32,000 nt of DNA from Breznakia sp. PF5-3 (lineage in GTDB: Bacteria > Bacillota_I > Bacilli_A > Erysipelotrichales > Erysipelotrichaceae). The notes beneath the pieces were generated by a model. That model saw nothing but the letters and a program-made list of their open reading frames with translations, ran no database searches and was not told where the DNA came from. The stretch lies in the NCBI RefSeq assembly GCF_029504745.1, contig NZ_JAQFIQ010000007.1:1-32000 (forward strand), read 5' to 3'. Made by a program: the position numbers and the translations under genes. Below are positions 9,394 to 18,104 of the stretch, piece by piece (position 1 is the stretch's first letter; every line of letters begins with the position of its first letter).

Positions 9394-10749
9394 ATGATGA
9401 AGAATCGATCATTTTATATATTTGCACTTTCATTAGCACTACCGAGTATCATTCAACAATTGGTTACCAATGTATCACAATTAGTTGATAATTTTATGGT
9501 GGGAAAACTTAATGAAGTATCTATTTCTGGTGTTTCCATTGCGAATCAAGTATTTTTTATTTTTACTGTTGTTGTATTGGGATTAAGCGCAGCAGGCGGA
9601 ATTTTTATTTCTCAGTATCGAGGAGCACAAAACGATGAAAAAGTTACTGAAGTATTCAGAGTTGTATTGATCTTTAATATCATAACTGGAATTATTTTCT
9701 TCTTGTTGATGAATATTATTCCTGAAAAAATCTTATATTTATTTACCGAAGATAAAGCTACTGTTGCAATTGCCATGACATATATGGGATATATCAAATA
9801 TACATTCTTAATTTATTCTATTGCTATTGCAATCAGTGGAAGCTTTCGTTATTGTGGGTTAGTTAAAGTATCCATGTATATTGCAATTATTAGTGTATTA
9901 ACAAATGTTTTCTTCAATTATTGTTTCATTTATGGAAACTTAGGATTTCCTAATATGGGAGTATCAGGTGCAGGATTAGCAACCTTGATTGCTCGTATTG
10001 TTGAGGTGGTAATAGCAATTGGTCTTGCTAAGGTATTGGATACACCAATCAAAACTCGAATTAAGGATATGTTTAAGTTTGAACGTTTTATTTTAAAGAA
10101 TTATATAACAAGAGGATATGGGTTGGTAATCAATGAATTCTTTTGGGCTTTTGGTATTCAGATGACCAATGTAATTTTCACCCAACGGATTAGTAGTAAT
10201 ATTGCTGCTTTGAGTATTGCCAATGCAATGATTAATTTAATCTTTATTGGAATGGGTGGAATGAGTGTTGCGATTTCGATTATTGTTGGGAAAAGTCTTG
10301 GGAAAAGTAATTTTGAACAAGCAAAAGTGGATTCAAAGAAATTACTTAAACTCAGTGCTTTTGTAGGACAGAGTTTAGGAATTATCATTTTAATTGTATC
10401 TTATGTGATAACAGGATTTTATGAAATTAGTGATAGTACACGTTCTATGGCACGTCTTATCATTACTATAGCAGCGTGTTTTAGTTGGCTATATTATTTA
10501 AACACAAGCTCTTTTTTCACCCTTAGAGCAGGGGGAGACACCAAGAGTGTCTTGTTGATGGATTCTGGTTTTATGTGGGTAATTAGCATTCCAATAGCCT
10601 TCTTATTTGGTGTTTTACATCTTTATATGCCTCTTCATTATTTTTTGGTTCAACTTCTTGATTTATTAAAATTAGTCGTAGCGAGACATCGATATCGTAA
10701 AGGTGTCTGGTTAAATAATTTGACAATTCATAAGCAAAACAATGCCTAG
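9394..10749 (+). CDS. MATE family efflux transporter
   Basis: 451 aa and polytopic (about 12 hydrophobic segments). The N-terminal P.I..QL......LVD..MVG pattern is typical of MATE/NorM proteins. An alternative start at ATG 9397 has better RBS spacing. Confidence 0.85.
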   Translation: MMKNRSFYIFALSLALPSIIQQLVTNVSQLVDNFMVGKLNEVSISGVSIANQVFFIFTVVVLGLSAAGGIFISQYRGAQNDEKVTEVFRVVLIFNIITGIIFFLLMNIIPEKILYLFTEDKATVAIAMTYMGYIKYTFLIYSIAIAISGSFRYCGLVKVSMYIAIISVLTNVFFNYCFIYGNLGFPNMGVSGAGLATLIARIVEVVIAIGLAKVLDTPIKTRIKDMFKFERFILKNYITRGYGLVINEFFWAFGIQMTNVIFTQRISSNIAALSIANAMINLIFIGMGGMSVAISIIVGKSLGKSNFEQAKVDSKKLLKLSAFVGQSLGIIILIVSYVITGFYEISDSTRSMARLIITIAACFSWLYYLNTSSFFTLRAGGDTKSVLLMDSGFMWVISIPIAFLFGVLHLYMPLHYFLVQLLDLLKLVVARHRYRKGVWLNNLTIHKQNNA

Positions 10750-10860
10750 GTTATAATAAAAAATATAGGTATCAGTTTCATATTGTAGTATAATAAAAAC
10801 AAATACAGAGAAAAATACTTTGCTAGGTTTATATACTTAGCAGGAAGGGAATGTAAGATT

Positions 10861-11304
10861 ATGTTGAAGAAACTAGTATCTAATATGGGGGTTGTTTTAT
10901 ACCCATTATTGTTAGTTGTGTTATTTACAACGTTGATAAAGTTTGACACAGTATCAATTGCAAGGGAGCAAATAAGCTATTTTGATATTGTTGCTAATTA
11001 TGGGATTTATTTCTTAAGTGTATTACTCTTTCTATATGTGTATATGATTCATCGAATTTCATTTTCCTTGTGGAGTGTAGTCATTGGGTTACTTATTTCT
11101 ATTTCGTGTACGATTCCACAATTTATTAAAACGATATCATCATCACTTTATAGCAGTTTATTTCAACAATCAGAAGCAACAATTTTAGTCTTTGGGATAA
11201 CGGTGATCATATATATAGGCTTAATTTTTGTATATATGAAAAATCGTATGAATTATCGAAATAAGACAAATCGTATTGATTTCACAAATTTATATTCTAA
11301 ATAA
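10861..11304 (+). CDS. hypothetical integral membrane protein
   Basis: 147 aa with about 4 hydrophobic segments and no recognisable family. Followed by a terminator. Confidence 0.45.
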   Translation: MLKKLVSNMGVVLYPLLLVVLFTTLIKFDTVSIAREQISYFDIVANYGIYFLSVLLFLYVYMIHRISFSLWSVVIGLLISISCTIPQFIKTISSSLYSSLFQQSEATILVFGITVIIYIGLIFVYMKNRMNYRNKTNRIDFTNLYSK

Positions 11305-11340
11305 TATGCTTGATTTTTATAATTTATAAGCAAAAAAAGG

Positions 11341-11371
11341 ACTTATGTTTTTGAAGAAACATAAGTTTTTT
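11341..11371 (+). terminator. rho-independent terminator
   Basis: ACTTATGTTT-ttgaag-AAACATAAGT followed by TTTTT. Confidence 0.75.
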
Positions 11372-11476
11372 GATGCCATAATTTATAAACTACATAGCAA
11401 ATAGAATTCAGTAAATGTATATTATTATATGATATTTAATGAAGAGTATATTTAGAATAGTATAGAGGTTAAGCAT

Positions 11477-12004
11477 ATGATGTACAATTTAAAAAAAGAA
11501 AATCTAATTGATCAACTAAAAAAATTAAGAAATTTAGAAATGGAGGAAATATGGGAAATAGATGACAAGTTAGATTTTTTGATAGCATTGCAGAATTACA
11601 TTGGTGATAAGTGTCATTATGGGGAAAAGTTATATGAATTAACAAAGGAAGAGCGAGTAGTATTTTTATGTCAGTTATTTCAAATGGAAATTTACCATGG
11701 AAGTTTTACTTGTGCATATTATAATTATGCTGGTAATTTTATGTATGAGTATCCAAAAGCGTTTCGAGCATTGAAAGCGGAAAGTTATGCTGTGTTGATT
11801 GAAAAGGCAAATCAAACCTTCGATGAAAAGTTACCAACCGATATGAATAAAAGGCGTGAGATATTAGAAACATCTTATAATGAACGATTTGAAATGTTAC
11901 TTCAGTATGATTATGCGGTTCATCATCCAATGATTGAAGAAACGTATAACATTATTGAACTTTGCTATGCGTATATTATGGAAAACAAACACTGTTTTAA
12001 CTAA
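11477..12004 (+). CDS. DUF4375 / DMP19-like domain protein
   Basis: 175 aa. L.KEERVVFLCQLFQMEIYHGSF..YYNYAGNF...AF.AL.A resembles the DMP19 C-terminal domain pattern (E..NGGF..ff.N..g), recalled from memory. Confidence 0.45.
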   Translation: MMYNLKKENLIDQLKKLRNLEMEEIWEIDDKLDFLIALQNYIGDKCHYGEKLYELTKEERVVFLCQLFQMEIYHGSFTCAYYNYAGNFMYEYPKAFRALKAESYAVLIEKANQTFDEKLPTDMNKRREILETSYNERFEMLLQYDYAVHHPMIEETYNIIELCYAYIMENKHCFN

Positions 12005-12033
12005 ATAATATATGTGACGTAAACACACGAATA

Positions 12034-12042
12034 TGCTATAAT
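12034..12042 (+). promoter_or_regulatory. extended -10 promoter for the Cof-hydrolase pair
   Basis: TGcTATAAT 22 nt upstream of ATG 12065. Confidence 0.4.
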
Positions 12043-12064
12043 TAGAAGCAATTGAGGTGAACGT

Positions 12065-12883
12065 ATGTATAAATTAATTTGTATAGATTTAGATGGTACA
12101 TTATTGGATACAAGACAACGTATTTCTGCGAAAAACAAAGATGCAATCCGTAAGGCTTTAGATAAAGGCATTGAAGTTGCAATTGTTAGTGGAAGACCAA
12201 ATTGTTTCACGATTCGAGTTATGAATCAGATTTCTGGAAGAATGGGACATATTACATTTAATGGAGCATATTATCGAGTTGCGAATAAAACAAAGCAATT
12301 TCCAATCAATCCAGATACAGTGAAAAAAATTGCGAAATTGGCTAAAAAATATAATGTTCGTGTGTTCTTTAAAAATAAGAATTTATCAATGTGTACAAAA
12401 AGTGATCCAGGAATTTTAGATTATGATCAATTTAAGACACAGACACCATTAAAAGATCAAATGGATATGTTATACAATATTGATGTTGATCAGATTTTAG
12501 AAGAACAAGATATCGATATTTTAAAAATCTTTGCTTGGGATACGGATTTGGATGGTATTCGTAAAATGCGTGAAGAACTTATGAATTTAGATGGTATTAA
12601 CTTATATTTATACGATGAGTATTTTGAAATGTCTAGTGATCAAACTTCTAAAGGAAAAGCGATTCTAAATGTTTGTAAGGATTTAGGGATTAGTGCGAAA
12701 GAAGTGGTTTGTATAGGAGATAATTATAATGATTTACCAATGTTTGAAATTGCTGGTTTAAGTGTGGCAATGGAGAATGCACCAAAAGAAATTAAAGAAA
12801 AAGTGGATAAGGTAACCCTTACCAATGATCAAAGTGGAGTTGCATATGCGATTGAAAACTTTGTGTTGAAGGAGAACAAATGA
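12065..12883 (+). CDS. Cof-type HAD-IIB phosphatase
   Basis: 272 aa. Has the ICIDLDGTLL nucleophile motif, VSGRP, and the C-terminal GDNYNDLPMF...AMENA typical of the Cof subfamily. Confidence 0.85.
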   Translation: MYKLICIDLDGTLLDTRQRISAKNKDAIRKALDKGIEVAIVSGRPNCFTIRVMNQISGRMGHITFNGAYYRVANKTKQFPINPDTVKKIAKLAKKYNVRVFFKNKNLSMCTKSDPGILDYDQFKTQTPLKDQMDMLYNIDVDQILEEQDIDILKIFAWDTDLDGIRKMREELMNLDGINLYLYDEYFEMSSDQTSKGKAILNVCKDLGISAKEVVCIGDNYNDLPMFEIAGLSVAMENAPKEIKEKVDKVTLTNDQSGVAYAIENFVLKENK

Positions 12884-13416
12884 AATATCCAACGGTGAGA
12901 ATCGATAAAATCCCACGAGGATTTAAGCATTGTGAAATAGCAGTTCTTGTTGCTTTTTCTTTTCATGGAGAAGATGCTTATATAGATGGTGAAGAAAAAG
13001 AAGCAAAGGCAGCATATGCAAAATTCATTAAGAAAGAAGTAGTGGAATTGATGGACAGCTTTATGACTATTTTTCGTCCTGTTAATTTCCCATATAAAGA
13101 TAAGTTTATTGTAGCTTTGAAAGATAATGCAAATGAATATCAAGTAAAAGAAATATTAAATAAATTGTTAATCGAAATTGATCATTTTACAGAACATAAG
13201 TTCAAAGTAGAAGCTCATATTTTAAATGGGATGCTTATGGAAAATGATGATCCAACGATATTCAAAGTGAAAAAAGTTGGATTACCACTAGAAGACAGTG
13301 AGGAATATGCGAAAAGTATATTTAAACCAGAAGGGAAAATGGATTTAAAAGAACTTAGCTATATTACACCATATGCGGAATTTAAAGTAACCAAATGGAA
13401 GAAACAAGCAGAATGA
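12880..13416 (+). CDS. hypothetical protein, translationally coupled to the Cof hydrolase
   Basis: 178 aa. ATGA start/stop overlap with the upstream gene. No family recognised. Codon usage and charge look protein-like. Confidence 0.5.
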   Translation: MKYPTVRIDKIPRGFKHCEIAVLVAFSFHGEDAYIDGEEKEAKAAYAKFIKKEVVELMDSFMTIFRPVNFPYKDKFIVALKDNANEYQVKEILNKLLIEIDHFTEHKFKVEAHILNGMLMENDDPTIFKVKKVGLPLEDSEEYAKSIFKPEGKMDLKELSYITPYAEFKVTKWKKQAE

Positions 13417-13417
13417 T

Positions 13418-13443
13418 AAAGCACATGAATTTGTGCTTTTTTT
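13418..13443 (+). terminator. rho-independent terminator
   Basis: AAAGCACA-tgaatt-TGTGCTTT followed by a T run. Confidence 0.75.
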
Positions 13444-13457
13444 ATCTGAACAAAAAA

Positions 13458-13484
13458 TTGGCACTTTTATATTGACAGTGCTAA
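13458..13484 (+). promoter_or_regulatory. CIRCE-like HrcA operator 1 (overlaps the -35 box)
   Basis: TTGGCACTT-N9-CAGTGCTAA versus the consensus TTAGCACTC-N9-GAGTGCTAA (15 of 18 arm positions). Confidence 0.6.
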
Positions 13485-13500
13485 AAAGAAGTATTACAAT
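13472..13500 (+). promoter_or_regulatory. sigma-A promoter of htpG
   Basis: TTGACA (13472-13477), a 17-nt spacer, then TACAAT (13495-13500). Confidence 0.7.
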
Positions 13501-13504
13501 ACTG

Positions 13505-13531
13505 TTAGCACAATTGATAAGCGAGTGCTAA
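13505..13531 (+). promoter_or_regulatory. CIRCE HrcA operator 2 (in the 5' leader)
   Basis: TTAGCACAA-N9-GAGTGCTAA. The right arm is perfect and the left arm matches 7 of 9 consensus positions. Confidence 0.75.
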
Positions 13532-13545
13532 ATGGAGGTAGTAAT

Positions 13546-15444
13546 ATGGCAAGAAAAAAAGCGTTTAAAGCAGAGTCCAAACGATTGATGGACTTGATGA
13601 TTAATTCAATCTATACACATAAAGAGATTTTTCTTAGAGAGTTGATATCCAATGCATCAGATGCAATTGATAAACTTTACTATAAATCTTTAAGTGAAAA
13701 ATTAAGTGATGTAAACCGTGATGAATTTCGTATTGATATTGCGTTAGATAAAAATGAACGTACAATTACCATTAGTGACAATGGTATTGGTATGAGCAAG
13801 GCAGAATTGGAAGAAAACTTAGGAACGATTGCAAAGAGTGGATCTTTTGATTTTAAAGAAAATAATGAAACAGATGAAGATGTTGATATTATTGGTCAAT
13901 TTGGGGTAGGTTTCTATTCTTCTTTTATGGTTGCTGATAAAGTAGAAGTAATTTCAAAACAATATGGAAGTGATGAAGCGTATCGTTGGTATAGTGAGAC
14001 TAGTGATGGATATGAAATTAATAAAATAGATAAAGATACAAATGGTACAATAATCACATTGTATTTAAAAGAAAATACAGATGATGAAAATTATGATGAA
14101 TATTTGGAAAGTCCTACAATTCAAAGATTGATTCGTAAGTATTCGGATTATATTCGTTATCCAATTTATATGGATGTTGAAGAAAGTCGTAAAAAAGAAG
14201 ACAGTGATGAATATGAAACGATTGTAGAAAATAAAGTGTTAAACTCAATGGTTCCCCTTTGGAAACGAAATAAGAGTGAAATTAGTGAAGATGAATATAA
14301 TAACTTTTATATGGATAAATTCCAGGATTATAATCCTCCATTGAAAGTAATTCATACAAATGTGGAAGGAACTGTTTCATTTAATGCATTGTTATTTATT
14401 CCTTCAAAAGCACCAATGAATTATTATTCAAATGACTACGAAAAAGGATTGCAGTTATATTCATCTGGTGTCTTTATCTTAGATAAGGCGAGTGAATTGA
14501 TTCCTGAGCATTTCCGCTTTGTACGTGGACTAGTTGATTCTCAAGATTTATCATTGAATATTTCTCGTGAGATGTTGCAACATGATCGTCAATTACGGGT
14601 TATTGCAAGTCGTATTGAAAAGAAAATTAAGAGTGAGTTATTAAAGATGCTTCGCACGGAAAGAGAGAAGTATGAAGAATTCTGGAATACCTTTGGTATG
14701 CAGATTAAATATGGTGTTTACAATGAGTTTGGAGCTCATAAAGAGCTGTTACAAGATTTATTGATGTTTTACTCGTCAAAGGAAAACAAACTTGTTACCC
14801 TTGATGAATATGTGAATAGAATGCCTGAAGATCAAAAAGAGATTTACTTCATCAGTGGTGATAGCATTGATAAAATTGATAAATTACCACAAGTTGAATT
14901 ACTTAAAAACAAGGAGTATGAAGTATTGTATTTAACTGATGATGTAGATGAATTTGCACTACAAGTATTAGGTACATATAAAGAAAAGCAATTTAAAAAT
15001 ATCTCACAAGGAGATTTAGATCTTGCAAGTGATGAAGAAAAAGAAAAAGTTGAACAAACAGCAAAAGATAATGAAGACTTATTAAAAGTGATTAAAGAAG
15101 CTTTAAAAGATGAAGTAGATGATGTAAAGATATCAACTCGTTTAGTAAGTCATCCAGTGGTTCTTAGTGCTGCAGATGGGATGTCATTTGAGATGGAAAA
15201 AGTACTTAGCCAGATGCCTAATGCAAATCCAACCGGGATGAAAGCAAGTAGAATTCTAGAGATTAATCCAAATCATGAATTGTTTAAAGCATTGCAAAAT
15301 GTATATGCGAACAACAAAGAAGAACTTACTGATTATGCACAGATTTTATATGATCAAGCATTGTTGATGGAAGGCTTTCAAATCAAAGATCCAATTGAAT
15401 ATGCAAATAAAATTGCAAAATTGATGGTAAAAGCAAACAGTTAA
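13546..15444 (+). CDS. htpG: molecular chaperone HtpG (Hsp90)
   Basis: ATG 13546 follows GGAGG; the upstream GTG 13525 extension is unlikely. ELISNASDAIDK and GQFGVGFYS are GHKL ATPase motifs, and the protein is full-length Hsp90. Confidence 0.95.
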   Translation: MARKKAFKAESKRLMDLMINSIYTHKEIFLRELISNASDAIDKLYYKSLSEKLSDVNRDEFRIDIALDKNERTITISDNGIGMSKAELEENLGTIAKSGSFDFKENNETDEDVDIIGQFGVGFYSSFMVADKVEVISKQYGSDEAYRWYSETSDGYEINKIDKDTNGTIITLYLKENTDDENYDEYLESPTIQRLIRKYSDYIRYPIYMDVEESRKKEDSDEYETIVENKVLNSMVPLWKRNKSEISEDEYNNFYMDKFQDYNPPLKVIHTNVEGTVSFNALLFIPSKAPMNYYSNDYEKGLQLYSSGVFILDKASELIPEHFRFVRGLVDSQDLSLNISREMLQHDRQLRVIASRIEKKIKSELLKMLRTEREKYEEFWNTFGMQIKYGVYNEFGAHKELLQDLLMFYSSKENKLVTLDEYVNRMPEDQKEIYFISGDSIDKIDKLPQVELLKNKEYEVLYLTDDVDEFALQVLGTYKEKQFKNISQGDLDLASDEEKEKVEQTAKDNEDLLKVIKEALKDEVDDVKISTRLVSHPVVLSAADGMSFEMEKVLSQMPNANPTGMKASRILEINPNHELFKALQNVYANNKEELTDYAQILYDQALLMEGFQIKDPIEYANKIAKLMVKANS

Positions 15445-15466
15445 AAATAGATGAATTGTATAAAAG

Positions 15467-15507
15467 ACCGTATAAGGCACATAAAAAGTGTGCGTATACG
15501 GTTTTTT
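15467..15507 (+). terminator. rho-independent terminator of htpG
   Basis: ACCGTATA..GCACA-loop-TGTGC..TATACGGT followed by TTTTTT. Confidence 0.8.
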
Positions 15508-15565
15508 ATATACTCGTTAGTGTTAAGAAGAATTTACAAAGAAGTTTTAGTTTTATTAGAGTCTT

Positions 15566-15574
15566 TGATATAAT
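15566..15574 (+). promoter_or_regulatory. extended -10 promoter for the HAD hydrolase-rlmD-GNAT unit
   Basis: TGaTATAAT 20 nt upstream of ATG 15594. Confidence 0.45.
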
Positions 15575-15593
15575 AAAACATGAGGTAATCATA

Positions 15594-16217
15594 ATGATAA
15601 AAAATATAGTCTTTGATATTGGAAATGTACTATTAGAGTTTAAACCAGCTGAGCATTTCAAAGATATTAAAAATGCTAATCAGGTATGTACATATATATT
15701 CAATTCATCCGCATGGGAAGCATATGATTTAGGGTTAAAGTCCTTAGATGAAGTGAAAGCGGAATTAATTATGAATTGTAAAGTGTATAAAAATGAAATC
15801 AATGAACTACTATCACGTTGGACAGAAGTATTAAAACCTAAAGGGACAATTCCCTTTATTAAATTGTTTAAAGAAAAGGGATACTCAGTATATTTATTAT
15901 CAAATTTATCATTGGATGCAGCAAATTATATCGAAGCAAATTTTTCGCTTTTCCATGATGTAGATGGATATGTTTTATCTTATTTGGAACATCAGGTAAA
16001 ACCCAATGCAGAGATTTATAAAACATTAGCAAATCGTTATGATTTGAAATTTGAAGAGACTTTGTTTTTAGATGATTTAAAAGCAAATGTAGAAGCTGCA
16101 AAAGCTTTGGGAATGAAAGTTATCCATTATACAGATGATGTATCTGTGGAAATAAAATTACAAAAAGTATTGAAAGGGGCGGACGATGTTAAGAAAGGAT
16201 CAAATGGTGAATGGTGA
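15594..16217 (+). CDS. HAD-IA family hydrolase
   Basis: The track ORF 15456..16217 includes the htpG terminator. The real start is ATG 15594 (MIKNIVFDIGNVLL) after GAGG. Motifs FDIGNVL, LLSN and FLDDL..NV are the HAD motifs I-IV. Confidence 0.8.
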   Translation: MIKNIVFDIGNVLLEFKPAEHFKDIKNANQVCTYIFNSSAWEAYDLGLKSLDEVKAELIMNCKVYKNEINELLSRWTEVLKPKGTIPFIKLFKEKGYSVYLLSNLSLDAANYIEANFSLFHDVDGYVLSYLEHQVKPNAEIYKTLANRYDLKFEETLFLDDLKANVEAAKALGMKVIHYTDDVSVEIKLQKVLKGADDVKKGSNGEW

Positions 16218-17550
16218 AATAGAAGCTATTCAACCAAACGGATTAGGAGTGTTTATGTATAAGAAGGACAAACTTTTCATGAAGTATGTTCTAAAAGGTG
16301 AGAAGGTAAGTGGGAAGGTAGTTAAAAAAATACGTGATGGGTATTTGGCAGAACTGGTACAAGTACAAAAACCATCTAGTATCAGAACAAAAGTGAAGTG
16401 TTCATATTTTCAAAAATGTGGAAGTTGTAATTATTTGCATATGTTATATCCATTTGAATTAAAACAGAAGACAGAAGCGGTGAAACAACTTGCAAACAAA
16501 GGTAAAATAAACATTAACGTTCATAATTGTGAAGGTTTAGAGGAACCTTATGCATATCGTAATAAGTTGGCACTAACATTTACAAAAAATAGAAAAAATG
16601 ATGTTATTGCTGGGTTTTATGAACCACTATCTCACAAGGTGGTAAACATCGATAAGTGTTTGTTGCATGATGATGCAACAAATACATTAATCAAGGATAT
16701 TAAGGAAGTTGTAAAGAAGTGTCGTTTAGATATCTATGATGAGAATAAGCGCACTGGTTTTTTGCGTCATGTATTAGTGCGTGAAAATACAGATAAAAAA
16801 TTTATGGTGACATTTATAACAGCTGAAAAAGAATTTAAAGGAAAGAAGAAATTCCTTCAAGAGTTGTTGAATAGGAATGAACATATCGAAGCAGTTGTAC
16901 AAAATATAAACAATCGTAATACGAGTGTTCTTTTAGGTAATCAAGAATATGTACTTTATGGAAAAGGATATTTCTATGATACACTTTGTGGCTTAACTTT
17001 TAAGATATCACCGAAGTCTTTTTACCAAATCAATCATGAACAATGTGAAAAACTATATGATAAAGCATTGTCTTTATTGGATTTAAAAGGTGATGAAGTA
17101 ATTGTTGATACATATTGTGGTATTGGAACGATTAGTTTATTAGCTGCTCAAAAAGCAAAGCGTGTGATGGCAGTAGAAGTAAACAAGGATGCCATTAAGG
17201 ATGCAAATATAAATAGAGAATGTAATCATATTGATAATATTGAATTTTTTGCCCAGGATGCAGGAGCATTTATGCAAAAGTTAGCAAGTGAAAAGACAAT
17301 GGTGGATGTAGTAATTATAGATCCAGCAAGAGATGGGTGTGATGAGAATTTCTTACAAGCCCTAACAAAGTTGAAACCTAAAAAAATAGTGTATATCTCA
17401 TGTAATCCAGAAACTCAAGTACGTGATCTTAAATATTTATCTAGACAGTATACGTATAAAGACATGTATCTATTTGATATGTTTCCAAAGACAAGTCATG
17501 TAGAGAGTGTAGTGTTGATGACGAGAGATAATCAAAGGAGAGATTTATGA
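16186..17550 (+). CDS. rlmD: 23S rRNA (uracil-C5)-methyltransferase, RlmD/RumA family
   Basis: 454 aa. Has an N-terminal TRAM-like domain, the Fe-S motif CSYFQKCGSCNYLHM, the SAM motif DTYCGIGT, and the catalytic ISCNP. It overlaps the HAD gene by 32 nt. Confidence 0.9.
   Translation: MLRKDQMVNGEIEAIQPNGLGVFMYKKDKLFMKYVLKGEKVSGKVVKKIRDGYLAELVQVQKPSSIRTKVKCSYFQKCGSCNYLHMLYPFELKQKTEAVKQLANKGKININVHNCEGLEEPYAYRNKLALTFTKNRKNDVIAGFYEPLSHKVVNIDKCLLHDDATNTLIKDIKEVVKKCRLDIYDENKRTGFLRHVLVRENTDKKFMVTFITAEKEFKGKKKFLQELLNRNEHIEAVVQNINNRNTSVLLGNQEYVLYGKGYFYDTLCGLTFKISPKSFYQINHEQCEKLYDKALSLLDLKGDEVIVDTYCGIGTISLLAAQKAKRVMAVEVNKDAIKDANINRECNHIDNIEFFAQDAGAFMQKLASEKTMVDVVIIDPARDGCDENFLQALTKLKPKKIVYISCNPETQVRDLKYLSRQYTYKDMYLFDMFPKTSHVESVVLMTRDNQRRDL
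17497..17522 (+). repeat. direct repeat copy 1 (rlmD 3' end, att-like)
   Basis: CATGTAGAGAGTGTAGTGTTGATGAC is identical to 18037-18062. It encodes HVESVVLMT of rlmD. Confidence 0.9.
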
Positions 17551-17981
17551 TACGAGAAATTATAAATAGTGACTTCGATGAATTAATGAAATTATACACT
17601 CAACTGCATAACAATCCATTTCCAGTGAGAAATAATGAAATGATGGCTTTGTGGGATAACGTAATCAATGATACTAATCATCATATAATTGTTGCTGAAG
17701 AGAACGGAAGAATTGTTTCCTCATGTGTATGTGTGATAATTCCTAACCTAACACGAAACCAACGTCCATACGCATTTATTGAGAATGTCGTAACTGATGA
17801 AGCCCATCGAAAAAGAGGACTTGCAACAGCTTGCTTGAATTATGCTAGAGACATTGCCCTAAAAGAAAAATGTTATAAAATGATGTTGTTGACTGGCTCA
17901 AAGCAAGAAAGCACTTTGCATTTTTATGAGCGAGCAGGTTATAAAAGGAACGATAAAACAGCGTTTATTCAGTGGTTGTAA
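17547..17981 (+). CDS. GNAT family N-acetyltransferase (cargo of the insertion)
   Basis: 144 aa. Its ATG overlaps the rlmD stop (ATGA), and it has its own RBS AAAGGAGAG. Motif A is HRKRGLATACL. Confidence 0.8.
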   Translation: MIREIINSDFDELMKLYTQLHNNPFPVRNNEMMALWDNVINDTNHHIIVAEENGRIVSSCVCVIIPNLTRNQRPYAFIENVVTDEAHRKRGLATACLNYARDIALKEKCYKMMLLTGSKQESTLHFYERAGYKRNDKTAFIQWL

Positions 17982-18036
17982 CATCTATTCCGTCAACACA
18001 ACCCCAAGTATCCGCATTAATTCAATCCACTCACCG

Positions 18037-18062
18037 CATGTAGAGAGTGTAGTGTTGATGAC
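18037..18062 (+). repeat. direct repeat copy 2 (att-like)
   Basis: Identical 26-mer. It is followed by AAAAGGGAAAGCATAA, the presumed ancestral rlmD terminus. Confidence 0.9.
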
Positions 18063-18104
18063 AAAAGGGAAAGCATAATACTTAACAAGTGAGGAGGATG
18101 ATTT

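Larger units (their letters stand above)
17497..18062 (+). mobile_element. candidate integrase-less insertion (CIME-like cassette or ICE/IME remnant) in the rlmD 3' end
   Basis: Identical 26-bp direct repeats lie 540 bp apart and bracket one RBS plus one GNAT gene. The second copy continues in frame to an alternative rlmD tail (..LMTKGKA*). Confidence 0.45.

Noticed and set aside
15456-15593. N-terminal 46 codons of track ORF 15456..16217
   Set aside because: This stretch contains the htpG rho-independent terminator (15467-15507) and an extended -10 box. The conserved HAD motif I begins right after ATG 15594, which has its own GAGG RBS.
16186-16217. 32-nt overlap between the HAD hydrolase and rlmD as a programmed frameshift or fusion
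   Set aside because: rlmD has its own AAGGGG RBS 6 nt before ATG 16186, and there is no slippery sequence. Simple overlapping genes explain it.
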